Origin: Paecilomyces variotii
Lineage: Eukaryota
DNA length: 64,000 bases
Direction: 5' to 3' (one strand)
Assembly (NCBI GenBank): GCA_004022145.1
Contig: RCNU01000001.1
Part shown: positions 38,932 to 52,335 of the stretch, piece after piece
Layout of the letters: every line of letters begins with the position of its first letter
Position numbering within the stretch: the stretch's first letter is position 1
The notes under the pieces: model-generated
What the model was told of the DNA's origin: nothing
Seen by the model: only the letters and a program-made list of their open reading frames with translations
The model's database searches: none
Translations under genes and position numbers: made by a program

Positions 38932-40729
38932 CTTGACTGGTTAACCCCGGAAATGGCAGGGTTTATACCATAAAAAGCGACGTAGCTGAGGATGTTAACC
39001 CGCCAAAAAAAAGGCTGCGAAATTGGCCTTTCCTGAGATTGGGATTAAATAGCAACGAATGACCCCAAGGAGCTGCAGAGAATACCTGGCACTTCCTCTT
39101 CAGCCCGGGGCGCACACGAACAGGTGTGTAGCCTCCACGTGCCAGAGAAACCGCAAGGTATGTCTTTGGCGTACGTTGGGCGGTAAATATTGATAAGATT
39201 GAGTATTCACAAGGGAAAGGGTAGTTATAGAGAAGAGAAAGAGGACATGGGCTGCTGGTGAGATTTGTATCCCGGTGTATAAAGAGCAGGAAGGAGCCAG
39301 GGCATCCCGCACCCTGGGCTTCTTTCGAATTATCGAATATTATTATCCCTCACGGTGAACACCAGCCTTCTGGTACATTTTGAGCCGCGGTATCAGCCTA
39401 GCCGCCGGCCTTTTGGAGCCAAGAAAACATGGAAATTGAGGGCGCCAACCATAACATGATATTGCACGCCACAGGGCGGGTTAGCACGAGGCTCTGGCCG
39501 CCTGGGCGTACGAGTACGCGGTTGGATGGTCCAGTTCCTTAATCACCATGAAGGGCCTGATCAGGAATCGTTCGAGATGATTACGAACTGTCCATGGATC
39601 AATGTTGGTTGCCCACTGCTAGAGCCACGGATCACCTGTGCAATCCAACGGACTCGATATATGCATCTCACAAAGAGGCGCGCACCCTTCACCCGCACCA
39701 AGGCACCTTACATTTTGGCCTATAAGCTCTTGCTAACGATCTCTTATCTCTCAATCTTAGATCGGACAATGCCCAGACTCAACTTAACCTAAGAAGGCAC
39801 CGGGCCCGCTAAGAGGAAACACGGCTGGTCACTGAGACTGATAAGAGCTTCAATACTACATATTACTGATATCTGCTTCTGCAAATTCTGACATCCGGGC
39901 ACCAGAAACAGACCCCACAACGCTCGATCTAGAAAACACCAGACTCTGCCCAGAGATTATTGTCACCCGCAAAACCGCTACACAGACAAAAGAATCTACA
40001 ATATGGTTGAACTAGGCAGATGACCCCGTCCATAGCCGTGTATATCCGTCAGCCAAGAAAGCCATGCAATATCACTAAATATTCCGCCGCTTCTTGGCAT
40101 CATTTTTCCACCCAGTCTGCTCAGATGGTTGAGTCGGTTATCTACGAGTAGTGAAGCTTCGCTTGGCGTCCCTAACAATCTGCCAGGTGCAGGATACGCG
40201 CCCTGTGCCCGACCAGGTGAAGAGGTTTCACCCTCCTGGACAAGGCTGTCATTGCACCCTCATTACACCCTCCGCCAGGCTCAGCACAGGGAAGACACGA
40301 AGACGGAGGTCAGCGGGCATGAATAAAATAGTCAGATCATGCTCTCTGAACTCTAGTTGCCTAGCATTTCAACGCGTCACCGCCTGATTTTAACCCATTA
40401 GGCAACTGTTTGTGTCCCTAAAGTCATGTTGTAATAATAGAAACTCGGAGGAGAAATTGAAGCTCTATTCCACCGAAGGGGCAGGGGTTATAAACTACCG
40501 TAGGCAGTACAAGCTGGCAGTATAGCTGTCTCTGTTTCTAATCATTTCGACCTTCTTTTCTAGTCTAAATAATTCATTAAAATGACCCAAGACTGGCATC
40601 GGATATATCGCTTGGTCGCAGCGCAGTTGTTGGAAATCCCTGTGAACCGTGCGACCTGCTCTCTGAAGCTGTCCATGATGCAGTCTATCCAGTCGTGAAG
40701 TAAATCTGCCATGGCAAACTTCACTGAAT

Positions 40730-41425
40730 CTAAGCGACAGCGTTATCAGCGCTAGCTTTCTCTGCTAACTCTTTTAATGACCTCTTCTCTTTTTCGATTC
40801 CATTCCGTCGCTGAGCTGTATCACAAAGCTCGATATTTCCACATTCACATTCACCACTCTTCCTGACCCAACGGTATGTGATGCTCCATCGGTCGCCTCG
40901 CGGTCTCAGCGTTCCGTCCTCAAGGATATCGTTCTTGCGCTTTTTAATCCCATGAGTCCAATGCAGTCTCGAGTCACCGGTCATTTGCATCATAGCCCGT
41001 GGAGTCAAATCAACATCCACCCGCTGCTCACCCTTTCGGAACTGCATGATGACCGGTGCACCAAAGGACAACGCGTAGAGCTGATCATAAGGCCCATGCG
41101 CGTCTACATGCGGCGGAATACCACTGCCAGGCGGATAATACTGCAGACAGACCTGGTCGGGCGGTCTATCTTCAGTAGTCGGAATAAGCGGCTGAAGCCA
41201 TTCGGGAAACTCCTTGTATGGGATATCTGGATCTATGCCAAATGTTTTATAGTCGAATGTGTAGCCGTAATGGAGTGATATGCGGCCAGAGCGATCTGGC
41301 CATTTTAGGTCGTTGAGGAAGATCGAGATGAGACGCTGCTCGTGCTCGGCGGTGACGAAGTCATCTTGCCAGAAGATGCCTCGCGGCTCGATGGGCAGCT
41401 CTTTGAATTTATTTTGCTCCTCCAT
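40730..41425 (-). CDS. AlkB-family 2OG-Fe(II) dioxygenase, ALKBH8-type
   Basis: HYGYTFDY; QYYPPGSGIPPHVD (HxD); WTHGI; RWSITYR; followed by CECGNIELCD. Confidence 0.88.
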   Translation of the reverse strand: MEEQNKFKELPIEPRGIFWQDDFVTAEHEQRLISIFLNDLKWPDRSGRISLHYGYTFDYKTFGIDPDIPYKEFPEWLQPLIPTTEDRPPDQVCLQYYPPGSGIPPHVDAHGPYDQLYALSFGAPVIMQFRKGEQRVDVDLTPRAMMQMTGDSRLHWTHGIKKRKNDILEDGTLRPRGDRWSITYRWVRKSGECECGNIELCDTAQRRNGIEKEKRSLKELAEKASADNAVA

Positions 41426-41773
41426 CCCCCGTCTCCCTTATCGGTGGATGCGGTGATGAAGAATTAGAAGAAAATGATATTCGCTTGCACGTGATGGCGA
41501 AGCTTTTTTTCCCCTTTACTTAATGGTTTGCGGCCCCACAGTCTAAGCAATCCGAAGGCGTTCTATCACGCATGTTTGAATGGACTGTTCGATATATTGT
41601 ATTTATTCTATCGCTCTTGTTCATATGGCGTTTATGGTGCCCCTTTCCTTGTATCATTGGGGGGGAAAACAGTGACTATAAATCGAAGAACAGCGAAACC
41701 TAGCGATGAACGGCCTGCGTTCTCTGTTCATCCCACGTCTCTCCACCCCAATACTCTCATTAGTCACAAACGC

Positions 41774-42823
41774 TTACTGACATGTATATCCGCCATCAAC
41801 AGGAAGAGAAACCCCAGTCATCCAAGAATTCTCATCACTAGCTAAGAACACAGCTGCATTTGCAATATAATCCGGTTTACCAATTCCACGGAAAGCATGT
41901 CTCGCAAATAGTGCTCCTCTTATCGTCGCATCCTGAATGAACGGTGCTTCATTGATAAGCGGTGTCTCCACGACTATTTTCTAGGAATTAGCACTGGCCG
42001 CGCAGTTGATCAGGGTTTTACTCACAGCCTGGACACAGAGCGTTGACTTGTACTCCGTACGGAGCACAGTCGATGGCAGCGGCTTTGGTTAAGCCGCACA
42101 CGCTATGCTTTGATGCAATATAGCTCGCTGGAAACTAGCGTCAGTGGTTGCTCATTCATAATGTCACCACTGTACAGTATTTCGTTCTGGGCGACTGCTT
42201 ACCGGCCATCCCAAACCCTCTAAGTCCCGCTATACTAGCGACATTAATAATCCTTCCTCGACTTCCACTAGGCAATGGATCTTGTTCGATCATCTGACGA
42301 CTGGCATATTTGGTGCCCAGGAAGACACCGCGGGAGTTGACACTGAGGACCTGGTCCCATGTCGATTCGTCAGTGTCCCAGATGGGAGCGGGATGTTGAC
42401 CTTCCGGGGCAATTCCCGCATTGTTGACAAAGCTTCAGGAAGGTTAGATGTAAGGTGGTCGAGAATGAATAAAGCGCAAAACCCCGCATAGAATGATTAA
42501 ACGGGGTTATTAAATATGAGCGCAACCTACATATCAATGCGACCATACTTATCCACCGCTGTCTGGACAAGAGCTTTCATATCATCTGTCTGCGACACAT
42601 CGGCCTTACAGAACGTTGTCGTACCCCCCTCCTTGCTAATTATTTCGTGGGTTTGTAGCTCCTCGGCATTATTTGAGCTGATGTCTGAACAGACTACTGT
42701 GCACCCCTCCCTGTGATATGCTAGAGCGATGGCCCGCCCAATTCCGGATAAACTGCCCGTTATGACAGCTACCTTTCCTTGAAGGCGTTTGGGGGCAGAA
42801 TTTGGAACGGCAGATGAGGACAT
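41774..42823 (-). CDS. Short-chain dehydrogenase/reductase (4 exons)
   Basis: [47 protein letters not shown]. Confidence 0.9.
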
Positions 42824-44862
42824 GGTCGTAAGGAAAACAGCAAGTGGCTTATGGTAGGATGAATTCGATGCATCAAGGCCATCGTGTCTTCTTGTAATCA
42901 TGGATTTTGGGGGCCTTCCCTACCCCTGATCAACCTCTCTTTCCGGATTAGGGATAGCTATGCGCATGGTGAGGTGTCTGGATGATGATTGATCTGATAG
43001 CTGGCTAGTTAGAGCTAGGATTCTTCGGACGAACAAGAAGCAGCAGCAGCAGTAGCCTATTCAGTAACTCGGAGATATGACTACTTAACGCGTCGACCCT
43101 TCTCAGTATAATATCACTGTCGGAATGGAAAGGATTGTCCGACTACCTAGGTAGTAATACGGGAATCACTATCTTTCTCTACATTCTACACCACAAGAAG
43201 ATTCTATTCTCGCCCCCTTCTGCTGCTGCTGCTGCTGCTATATATTTTAATTCTCCCTGTAATTTCCCCACGTGCGCTAAATGTCCGTGCGATGATAACC
43301 TTGCAGTAATAACCGTTGGACCCAGTTCCTGACGTTCTCGCTAAGTACCTAGGCTCGGGACCGTAGAATCAGTCCACTAACTTACTCATGGTCTACTCCA
43401 GCCAGATGAATATGTTAAGCATTTCAGAAGAAGTATTCCTAAAACAGTACATCAATTCTTGATATTGAGAAGAATACGCTCAGAGACCCAAACTTCGAAC
43501 AAGTTCAACATTACATGGGATTCATCATGTATGTACAGTACATACACACGTCGAGCTAAAGTAGTCACCGCAGCACATTCTTCCAGACCGAGGAATATTA
43601 TGGGACTTTGTACATACATACATATATTCCTACTCTACAACCCAGCAGAACCGCTTACTTACTTACTTAACAAACAAACTCCAGCTAACTAGATATTCTT
43701 TCTCATATGCATGCAACCTGCATATATCGTACGGATGATTTTTTTTTTTTTTTTTTTTTTGGGTGCAACCCCGCAGAACAACAGCGGGGATATTATTCCA
43801 ATCTTTCATTTCATATATCACCGTGGAAGACCTATTCTATGGGAAACCAGCCATTGTAATATTAATCTGAACCTCGGAAGAAAGACCAGATCAAGGAAAA
43901 AACACGGCAACGGCACGTAATATCTGTACCATGTCCGCGAGAATATTTACTATAGGCAATCTATGGCCCTCTTTTAGTCGAGTAATTGAAAAAGAAACAA
44001 CAAGTCACTTATCGACTTATATCTATCTAGCTTATTTCTTGGTTGGTTTTCACATGAGCTGGACTTCTTTATTCCTGACATAGTCATTCTGTTAGACTAT
44101 AAAATACTGTACATCAGTTTAGTTGGGATCATTCAAGCTGCTGTTTCGACAGTTATCATAGTCGGTGTAGAGTAAATGGGCTTTTAGCATAGTTCATTAC
44201 AGGATGGACCAATTAATCATCAATGTATCCAGACCAGAGATCGCATGACTTTACACATGATACAGTACAAAAGTCGGGAGGTCGCACATATTCGCTACAT
44301 ATGCTACCTAGGTAGACACTGGAGCCACCATTGCTATTAAACTTTAGGGCTTCGAAACCAAGTGAGGCAATTAAATGACTCTTATTTCATCTGTCAAGAT
44401 AAACAAGTCTATCACAACCCAGCGGGCATGGTGCCTATTGCTATCAACCGTTCATCCGTGTATCCATAGACCCAATAATAACTGACATGAGAGGAGAAAA
44501 ACGAGACAAACGGAGCGGAAATAGCCGCGATGGTATTTGAACAGGGAATGGAGAAATCACAGTAAAAATCAAAATTCACAACGCCCATATCGAAACCGTT
44601 CATGCATAAAGCGACGAGGGGATAAGCCTCGACTGTCGTCACTTCAAAATGCCCCAAACTGAAAACTGCAGTGGGGAGATCGAAAAGATAAAATGCCCAG
44701 GCATTCTATTGGCGAAGAAAGGTATGCTGTTGGTTGCAATTCGTGAGTTGAAGACGGCCACTGGACCGCAGGACCGTTCAAGCGGAAGGCGGGTATTTGG
44801 AGCTAGATAAAGAGAAAATAAGGTTCAGGAGGACTTTTCGAGGATTTGGATTCTAGAGTTTC

Positions 44863-46047
44863 TTACTCGAATCGCTTGATCCGGTCCGTGTAGATTCCCT
44901 TGGCAGAGCCAGAGAATACGTGCTTGAGGTAGTCCTCAAAGTTGCTGGGCTTGAAGTCGGGGTAGAGCTCCTTGGAGGTCAAGTAACCCAGGTACTTGGC
45001 GTACTCGGGCTTGTTGTCTCCACGGATACCCCACGACAGCTGGTACTCGGCGATGTATCGTGGAACGTACTTGGCAGGGTCGTACGGGTATGTCTCACTC
45101 GAGGCGCGGGCCGAGGCGACTCGGTCTAGAATTTCTTCCGCAGAGACCTGTCCGACGCCGTCAGCACGTGTTTCAAGTGAGTCGACTCAAACAGGTTTCA
45201 CACTTACATGCTTGCGCTCGATCTGCTCTCCACTGATCTTCTCCAGCATATCGTAGATCTCGTTCTGGGTCAGAACGACGTCGTACGCGAACACCATCTT
45301 GTTCAACGTTCGCTCATCGGAGATGATCTTGGCGACGTAGTGGCCGATATCCCGAAGATCGGTGAGGGCGCTGGGGGTGTTTCCATCGCCGATGATCTCA
45401 TCGTTGGACATGGTCATGGCGTAGTCAATCTTTCCGGAGGCCAGTCTGGGGTAGGAGAACTGGTACCACCAGCCAACGTCGATGATGGTGTAAGGAAGCC
45501 ATAGTTGCTTGATGTGGTTGTAGACAATCTCTTTCTGTACGAGTTGGCGGATGGTTAGCCAAACAGAACTACCGTGCGACAGTCCCCTGGAAAGGTCACT
45601 CTGTCCCTACTCACCTGGTCACGAAGCCACATCACTCCTCCTGGAGGGGTGACGGGAATGAAGCCACAAGGCACGAACCGCTTGACCCCAGCCTTCTTGG
45701 CGGCCTTTGCAAGAGGCAGCTGCTCGAGTTGGTCCGCTGGACCAACGGTGCTGATGACGACATCAATGTCCTTCAGGGCCTCAAGGAGTTCTTCCTCGGA
45801 CGCAGTCATGTCGCACTGGCGGACCTTGACACCCCGGTCCTGGAGCGCAGTCAGGGCCGGCTTGGCCACGGATCTAGGTCGAATAAGAGCATAAACCTCC
45901 TGTTGCGCACCGCAACGTTAGCAACAGGAACAGGCGTAGATTCGACCAGATGGAACTCACAAAGGTGCCAGCCTCGAGGAGACCGTTAGCGATGGAGCCA
46001 CCCGTCTCACCAGTCGCTCCCACGAGCAGAACCTTAGTCGTCGACAT
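44863..46047 (-). CDS. NmrA / isoflavone-reductase-like protein (multi-exon)
   Basis: MSTTKVLLVGATGETG; AAKKAGVKRFVPCGF; YTIIDVGWWYQ; TDLRDIGHYVA; stop TAA at 44863-65. Confidence 0.88.
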
Positions 46048-46600
46048 GTTGGGCGCGAGCGATATTCAGTGTAGTCAAAAGTGTCGTCGTAGATAGACAG
46101 AGTCCGTTTCTCTATCTGGGATTATCTAAGCCTCGTAGGAACGGGTCCAATGTCTCGAGTAGAGCAAGGTTCTAATGTCCACGTACAAGACCGGCTTGAT
46201 GAATGATTGATTGAAAGAAAAGATAGAATGATGACAGAGAAATCTGAGGCAGCGGGAGATGAGGAACAGGCGACGTTATAAAGCAAGCGTGTCCCACTGC
46301 TTACCCACTCTGTACCATCCGGGACCGGGCGGTTGTGGGTCGTCTGGACAGTCCCAGGGTTTTTTTTTTGTCTCTTTTCTGCTGGACGAGGATGGCAAAT
46401 TTCCCCCGCAACTTGTGGGCTTGCAGGAAGCGCTGGATAGCGTCCGTTGCAGCGCGTGAGGATGAATGCGCTGTGGTTGGGTGGAAGTGGAATGGAGGAG
46501 AGAGTCGTCAGAGTGATTCAGTTGATGGGAAATCGATCTCTCTACAACTACAACTAGCATACTGAGTATCTACCATACAGAATTACAGGAAACGAAACAG

Positions 46601-46649
46601 AATACCATAATAATACCATAATAATACCACAATAATACCACAATAATAC
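46601..46649. repeat. 11-bp minisatellite (AATACCAYAAT) x ~4.5
   Basis: Read directly from the sequence. Confidence 0.8.
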
Positions 46650-49600
46650 GTTCCTAGCAGTAGCTCGTCGGCAGCCAAGAGGCGATCAGGGCCCGTTCGC
46701 TTCGGCATCCGAACTCTAACGGCGGCCTGACGTCACTGGCACACCACCCGATTTGGCGCGCAACGAGGAAAAATGGAAGGGCCGGCCGACTCTCTCTGGC
46801 TGGCCGAACCAGGAAACCACCAAAGCTTCTCCGTCCTTTAATTTCCTGTTCCCATTTCTTTCTTTCTCTCTCTGATTACAGTATGGTACCCTCGATCCCT
46901 CGAGTTCCCTTTCACGCATTCATTCATTCATTCATATCTTCATTCAACCTATTCATTCAACGCATTCATTGATTCTATCCACTTCCCCCATCCACTTCTG
47001 CTCCACCAATCCACCTATCCACCCACGCCCTGCTGGCTGGTGGATGCCGCTGCAAGCTGCTCGGCCACTCGCTGCCCTGCGTCTGCCGGGGCGCACTGCT
47101 CCGTCGGTGGGTTTGCCAGGCTGAGGCCGGGCGGGGAGGCTCCATCCTGACGTACCTCTTACATCCCGGCCGGCCATCCCCACGGGCAGGAGATCGGCGC
47201 TCCGGACGACACGTTGGGTCGGGCACGTTGCATCCGCCATTCCCACTGGTCCAAGTTACACGTCCAAGCGGACACAGCTCACAGCTCACAGCAGACCGCA
47301 ACGATGGTTGTTCCCTATCGAGTAGGTAGGATTCTGAGACCAACTAACTATCTGGTATCTAGTGTAGAGTACGGAGTAATAATTGTCTGCATTCGAATAG
47401 TAGTGACTGCTGGGAGAGAAACTGGAAAATCCAACAGGTGAACCAAAGCGTCCTGTAGAAGACCGGAAGTTCAAAACACAAAACAGATCAAGCCCCCTGT
47501 TTGGTGTCCGTCGCCCTGGCGAGTCGGCATCGGGATCTACCAATAGTGAGTGGCTGATGCCGCCACAATGCGGATGGCCTGAAAAAGTGTCTGCTCAGTG
47601 CTGAGCAGAGTGCTACTCTGTAGTCAATAATAACAATCAATAATATCTCACCCGTTGATAACCTCCTGAGGCAGCATTTCACCTGCAGCTGAGTGCTGAG
47701 TAGCAGGCATCATCATCACGATCAGAATTGAGGTCCAGTATTAGAGCAGCGTACCCCGCCAGATCAACCCAGCACGGCAGTAGCGGCTGCTGTGTAATTT
47801 CGAGGTTGCGGGGAAATGTGAAGTCCAACGCTCCAGGATGATAGTAATAAGCGGGGAAGTAATCATGTCGAAAGGACCGAACCGTGGACGATCTCGTTTG
47901 TTTCGATATCATTGAACCTTGACTCGACATCTAATCACTCCATATCTCTGGAGGGATTTCCATTTGCTCCCCCAACACCGCTTCAGGACGGTCTCAGGAA
48001 CATAAAGTTACTACTCTACCACCCTAACTATGTGTGTACTAGATATGTAGCGTAGCTGATACCGACGAAGCGACCAGTAACTTGATCGTTAAGGGCGGTA
48101 CCGTGCCAGGCATCTGATAGGAGTCCTCTCTTGATATTTCACGATCCTCCGAGATATCTGACCTCCTGGAGAAAGAGGAAAAGGCGCCTGACGTTTCTTC
48201 TATTGTGATTCTAATATCAAGCATGTCTCTACTCCGTACCAATACACCTTAATCATGAAAGCATACCTTAAACTACCATAATGATAATTACCACAACCAT
48301 CTCTCCCAGCGAAGGTTTACCGTATATGGTAGAGCCCCGCCACAACCCCTCCTATTCGCCCCCCAATCAGCCAATCACACCAACAGTCACCCGCACACCG
48401 CCAGTGGCAAAAAAGCACCCGGCCCATCTATCCAATCTGGTTCGTCGGCCGCGCGAGCGGTGTGGTCGGCCTGCCGGCAAGAATCGTCTGATAGGCGGGA
48501 ACCGCTTTCTCAACACGGCCGGATGAAGCAGGTGGCCGCTAAGGGTTACACTTGGGAAATCGGAGGAATAAGAAAATTGCTCGTATGGTATAGGGTTTTT
48601 ATTTTTTTATCTGCCGAGAAGTATTATTGTGAATGTGAGATGGGTGGGATACTACGGTTGGGTGGTTTCTTGATGGTGTATTAAATGGCAGTAGGTAGTT
48701 AGCGGAAAGAGAGTTTTTCTTAAGTATGGCAGCCGCTACAGTAATGGACCATAGATTTCGTAACGATTTGAATAAATTAGGGTAAAACATTAAGTTTATC
48801 TTCTGGACGCCTACTTGTATATTGAATAGTGAAGAATAATCTAACTCCGCCAAAAAAAAGGTAGGTTTCTTCTTGTGCTCAGAGCTGACATGACATGAGC
48901 GCTAGTAGTTAGGTAGTTACTCGAGAGTCGAGATAGAATTTCTCCTGATCAGAAAGGTTTACAGAAGTACAGTACAGTGCATCTATAGGCAAGGTACTGT
49001 ACGAAGTAGACTAGTCGAACTGGGCCACGGGTACTATGACGATATCTTGCATTTATTGTCTCAGATGCATGCATCCTTGTGTTATCCGAGCGCAACGGCT
49101 AACGGAGGAAGTGCATATGTGTATGACATATGTAGTTGGATGAAATTGATCAAAGTGATTACAGCTAGAGAATAGCCCTGGTTAACAAGCAGATAATACG
49201 CTTCAAGGATTTCTTTCTGCGCTGTAACTATCGTTGATATAGTCTACTCAAGTAGTTACGGCACCCATTAACTGACTGTAGTAATTCCTCGCGCTTGACA
49301 ACTCCTGATGGATATAATGATAAGTAACCGAGTTCCTAATCAGAATTATCTTATCGAGAAACACGACATATCCTATCTACCTACCTACATAACGAACCAG
49401 TAAAAGATAAGTTAAATAGATAGAAGCTTCGCTTCGTCATTAGCCGGAGCAGCCCTCGCCGACTCAGCCACACATCTCCGAAACTCCGCAGCAATGACAG
49501 CCATGAGCTATAGCCAGGCGAGTAGTCTAAGCATAAGCATACTCCAGAGCTAAGCATATAGGCACTGACCACTCTAGAGTTCGGAGACGCCAGCGACACC

Positions 49601-49792
49601 ATCAGTCGGCCGGCGTATTCCGAACCCTAAGTCGAGATGGATGTGTGTTCTTATTGGTGGTTTCAAGTTAGTATTCATGATATTCTACTTACTGGGGCAT
49701 AAGTGATCATTTCCCCTCATCAGGGAACTATGTACGTGCTCATGGGAATTCTGTGGATGGGTGGACGTTCGATAATAATTAATACGAGTTAT

Positions 49793-49855
49793 AACAACAA
49801 CAACAACAACAACAATAACAACAATAACAACAATAACAACAATAACAACAATAAT

Positions 49856-49915
<60 letters not shown>

Positions 49916-49921
49916 AATAAT
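49793..49921. repeat. (AAC/AAT)n microsatellite, about 43 units
   Basis: Read directly from the sequence; it explains the poly-N/V/L/C ORFs in the track. Confidence 0.97.
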
Positions 49922-50819
49922 ATCCACTCCATACAACCCGCTCCGAACGAGCAGCTTTGACAAATGATGGCATGCCGTGAGTTGTAGAATAAGATCGGGG
50001 ATTCGAAACCGTCGGTTTTGCAGGAGCCAGAAGGTGGTTTTGGACCAGAGGTGCTTTGCTTTTGCTCTCTGTTGAGATGGAATACTCTAAGATATATGCG
50101 CATCCCATCTTCTCTTCCCCTACGGATATGTCTGATGGTATGTATATTCTCTCTGAGAACTCGAGAAGCCCAGACTGGAGCTCGGAATCTCGAACTCTTG
50201 CCTGCTATTGCAAATTATGCTCAATAGTCTTACGATCAAGTTTCACTATAACTGATCTGCACCTGGCATGTTCTACATTTCGATGTCAGACGCTCTATGG
50301 CCTGTTTACCGGGCACTAACTTAAACATCGCGTCTGTGTTGACTACTGGACGGAGTACGTGCATCTTTTTAGACAGTAATAGCGGTTTATTTGCTAAGCA
50401 TCAACTCTTAGCTTCATCAACATGGGGAAGTATCACCGCGCAGGAATCCGTCCTCGTCGGTTAGTAGTGAGTAACTACCTCGTTAGGGGGACCTCTGGGC
50501 TCTCGTTTTAGTCCTTCGTCTTTTCCTTCTGTGTCTTTGTTCCTCCAAACCTGAATATCTTTTCTCGGAGGTATCGAGTGCAGTATTTACCTCATACTTT
50601 GGACGGCATTAATTATAACTTGATTACATATACTTGTAATCAGTCCGGTCTTGACCAGCGTTTATATCTCACAATGGAGTCTCCGGCGCAGAGGCACTGT
50701 CCGACTGATGATTAACATCGCGCCGGATGCTGTTTCGAGCGTAGCATTACGAATACTGCCTTTGTTTTCGTCTCAGATTGATTTTAACTAATGACGAATA
50801 TCCACCAGACTAATACTTC

Positions 50820-51155
50820 GTGTTATTGGATCAAGCATCTGGGAATATATATAAGCAGTTTGACAAGATGATGCTCATTGATGTGGGTTGTCAGGTTTTC
50901 TCGGCCTGGCGTCTGAAGCGCGAACTTCTCCGAAGGCCTCGGTTGCAAAGAGAGACCATGAGTTATCTGACTGGCTGGGGCCATCCGTTTGAAAGAGAAT
51001 ACGAAGAGAACTGGGATGCTCACAATATCCCTTCATCTCCAGAGCTCCTCGTGAATATGTTCAATGAATCCGAATACAGCAAGAGAATGTCTGATGAAAT
51101 GGCTGAATATCGGACCAAGATCGAAACGAGAGAAGCAAGTCCACGAAGATTATGA
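50820..51155 (+). other. Possible small hypothetical exon or gene relic
   Basis: 111-codon frame with protein-like charged composition, but an in-frame TAA (50811) follows the nearest acceptor and no family is recognised. Confidence 0.25.
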
Positions 51156-52335
51156 TATTGCTTACAGGGAATGCGAGACGAAAATTCGCTTCATAATCCT
51201 CTGTGCACTCAATTCTGTTCTAACTGCAGGTCTCGGAATTCATTTAGTCCCCTACTTGAATGTTAACAGGCGATAATGGTCGGATATAGATGTGCTATAG
51301 GCGATTCTATCTTGCGAAATTCTGTCGTATACATCTTTCTGTTCTCTGGTTGCTTTTTTTGTGCTTAGAATTTATTGAAGGCAAATGATGGGAATAAAAA
51401 TGTAAATAGAGTAATCGTTGTACCATATAAGAACATCTTCTATATCCCACATGGTAACAAGCCACAGAGGCATCTATCCCACTCACCTTGAAATCCCAGA
51501 TTTCGACTCGAATACAGATATCTGATGGTGTGCAGGATTGGCTCACTGAATCCCTGATATATTTCCCATCAAATACACACGATGGCATCTCATTCTATGA
51601 TTCCCCATCTCCCCACATTCCCCCACGGGGTCAAAGTCTCCCCCCGGCCCTTCCCACGCCTTTGACAAACCACAGCTCACTGACCTTCCTCTCTCTCCCC
51701 ATCCTTCGACACTTCCTCCCCGAGATGTCCGTTATTCAACCCTGATTCACAGCACTCCTTGCAGGCATTTCTCCGCCTATGTGATTTTCACATCATCTGC
51801 TCAAAACAAACCACCATCGGCCAATGGTCCGATTCGTCGCGCTCCTCACCCTCGGACATCTCACCGATCATCTCAAACTATTTACCAAGGTTGTGCACCC
51901 TCTCACTGATGGTATCTACTCACGGCCGAGAAATGCACCCCACGCTTGGCGGAGTCCGTGGACAGGATCAGGTAGTTCCTTTCGGGAAGTCCAAGATAAC
52001 TACCCCGCAAAAATGGTGATGATAGCGTCTAGGCATTACCCCGGAATTGCCCTGAAGTGGACCCAAGCTCGCGGTGGAGTTGCGGGGAAGAGAAAGATAT
52101 AGGATGGATGCAAGCTGCCGGCTGCTTTTCGACCATCTAGACTACGAGCTAGGGCGGTTGCGGAGCACATGTTGTTTGAAGTTCGAGCAGTACTGATAAT
52201 GATGTCCCCTTCCTCCCAAGGGTTCTATTCTGTTGAAGCTACTGCCAGCTTTGAGCTCACTGTGTCGCACTGATTTCTTCACTCTCAGACGGAAACAAAC
52301 AGAGCCTTAAGGTCGTACGAGGCATAGAAACCAAG

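Noticed and set aside
49990..50015. T-loop-like GGTTTCGAATCC on the minus strand
   Set aside because: No acceptor, D or anticodon stems can be formed; not a tRNA.
49685..50108. Poly-V, poly-N, poly-C and poly-L ORFs
   Set aside because: These are translations of the AAC/AAT microsatellite.
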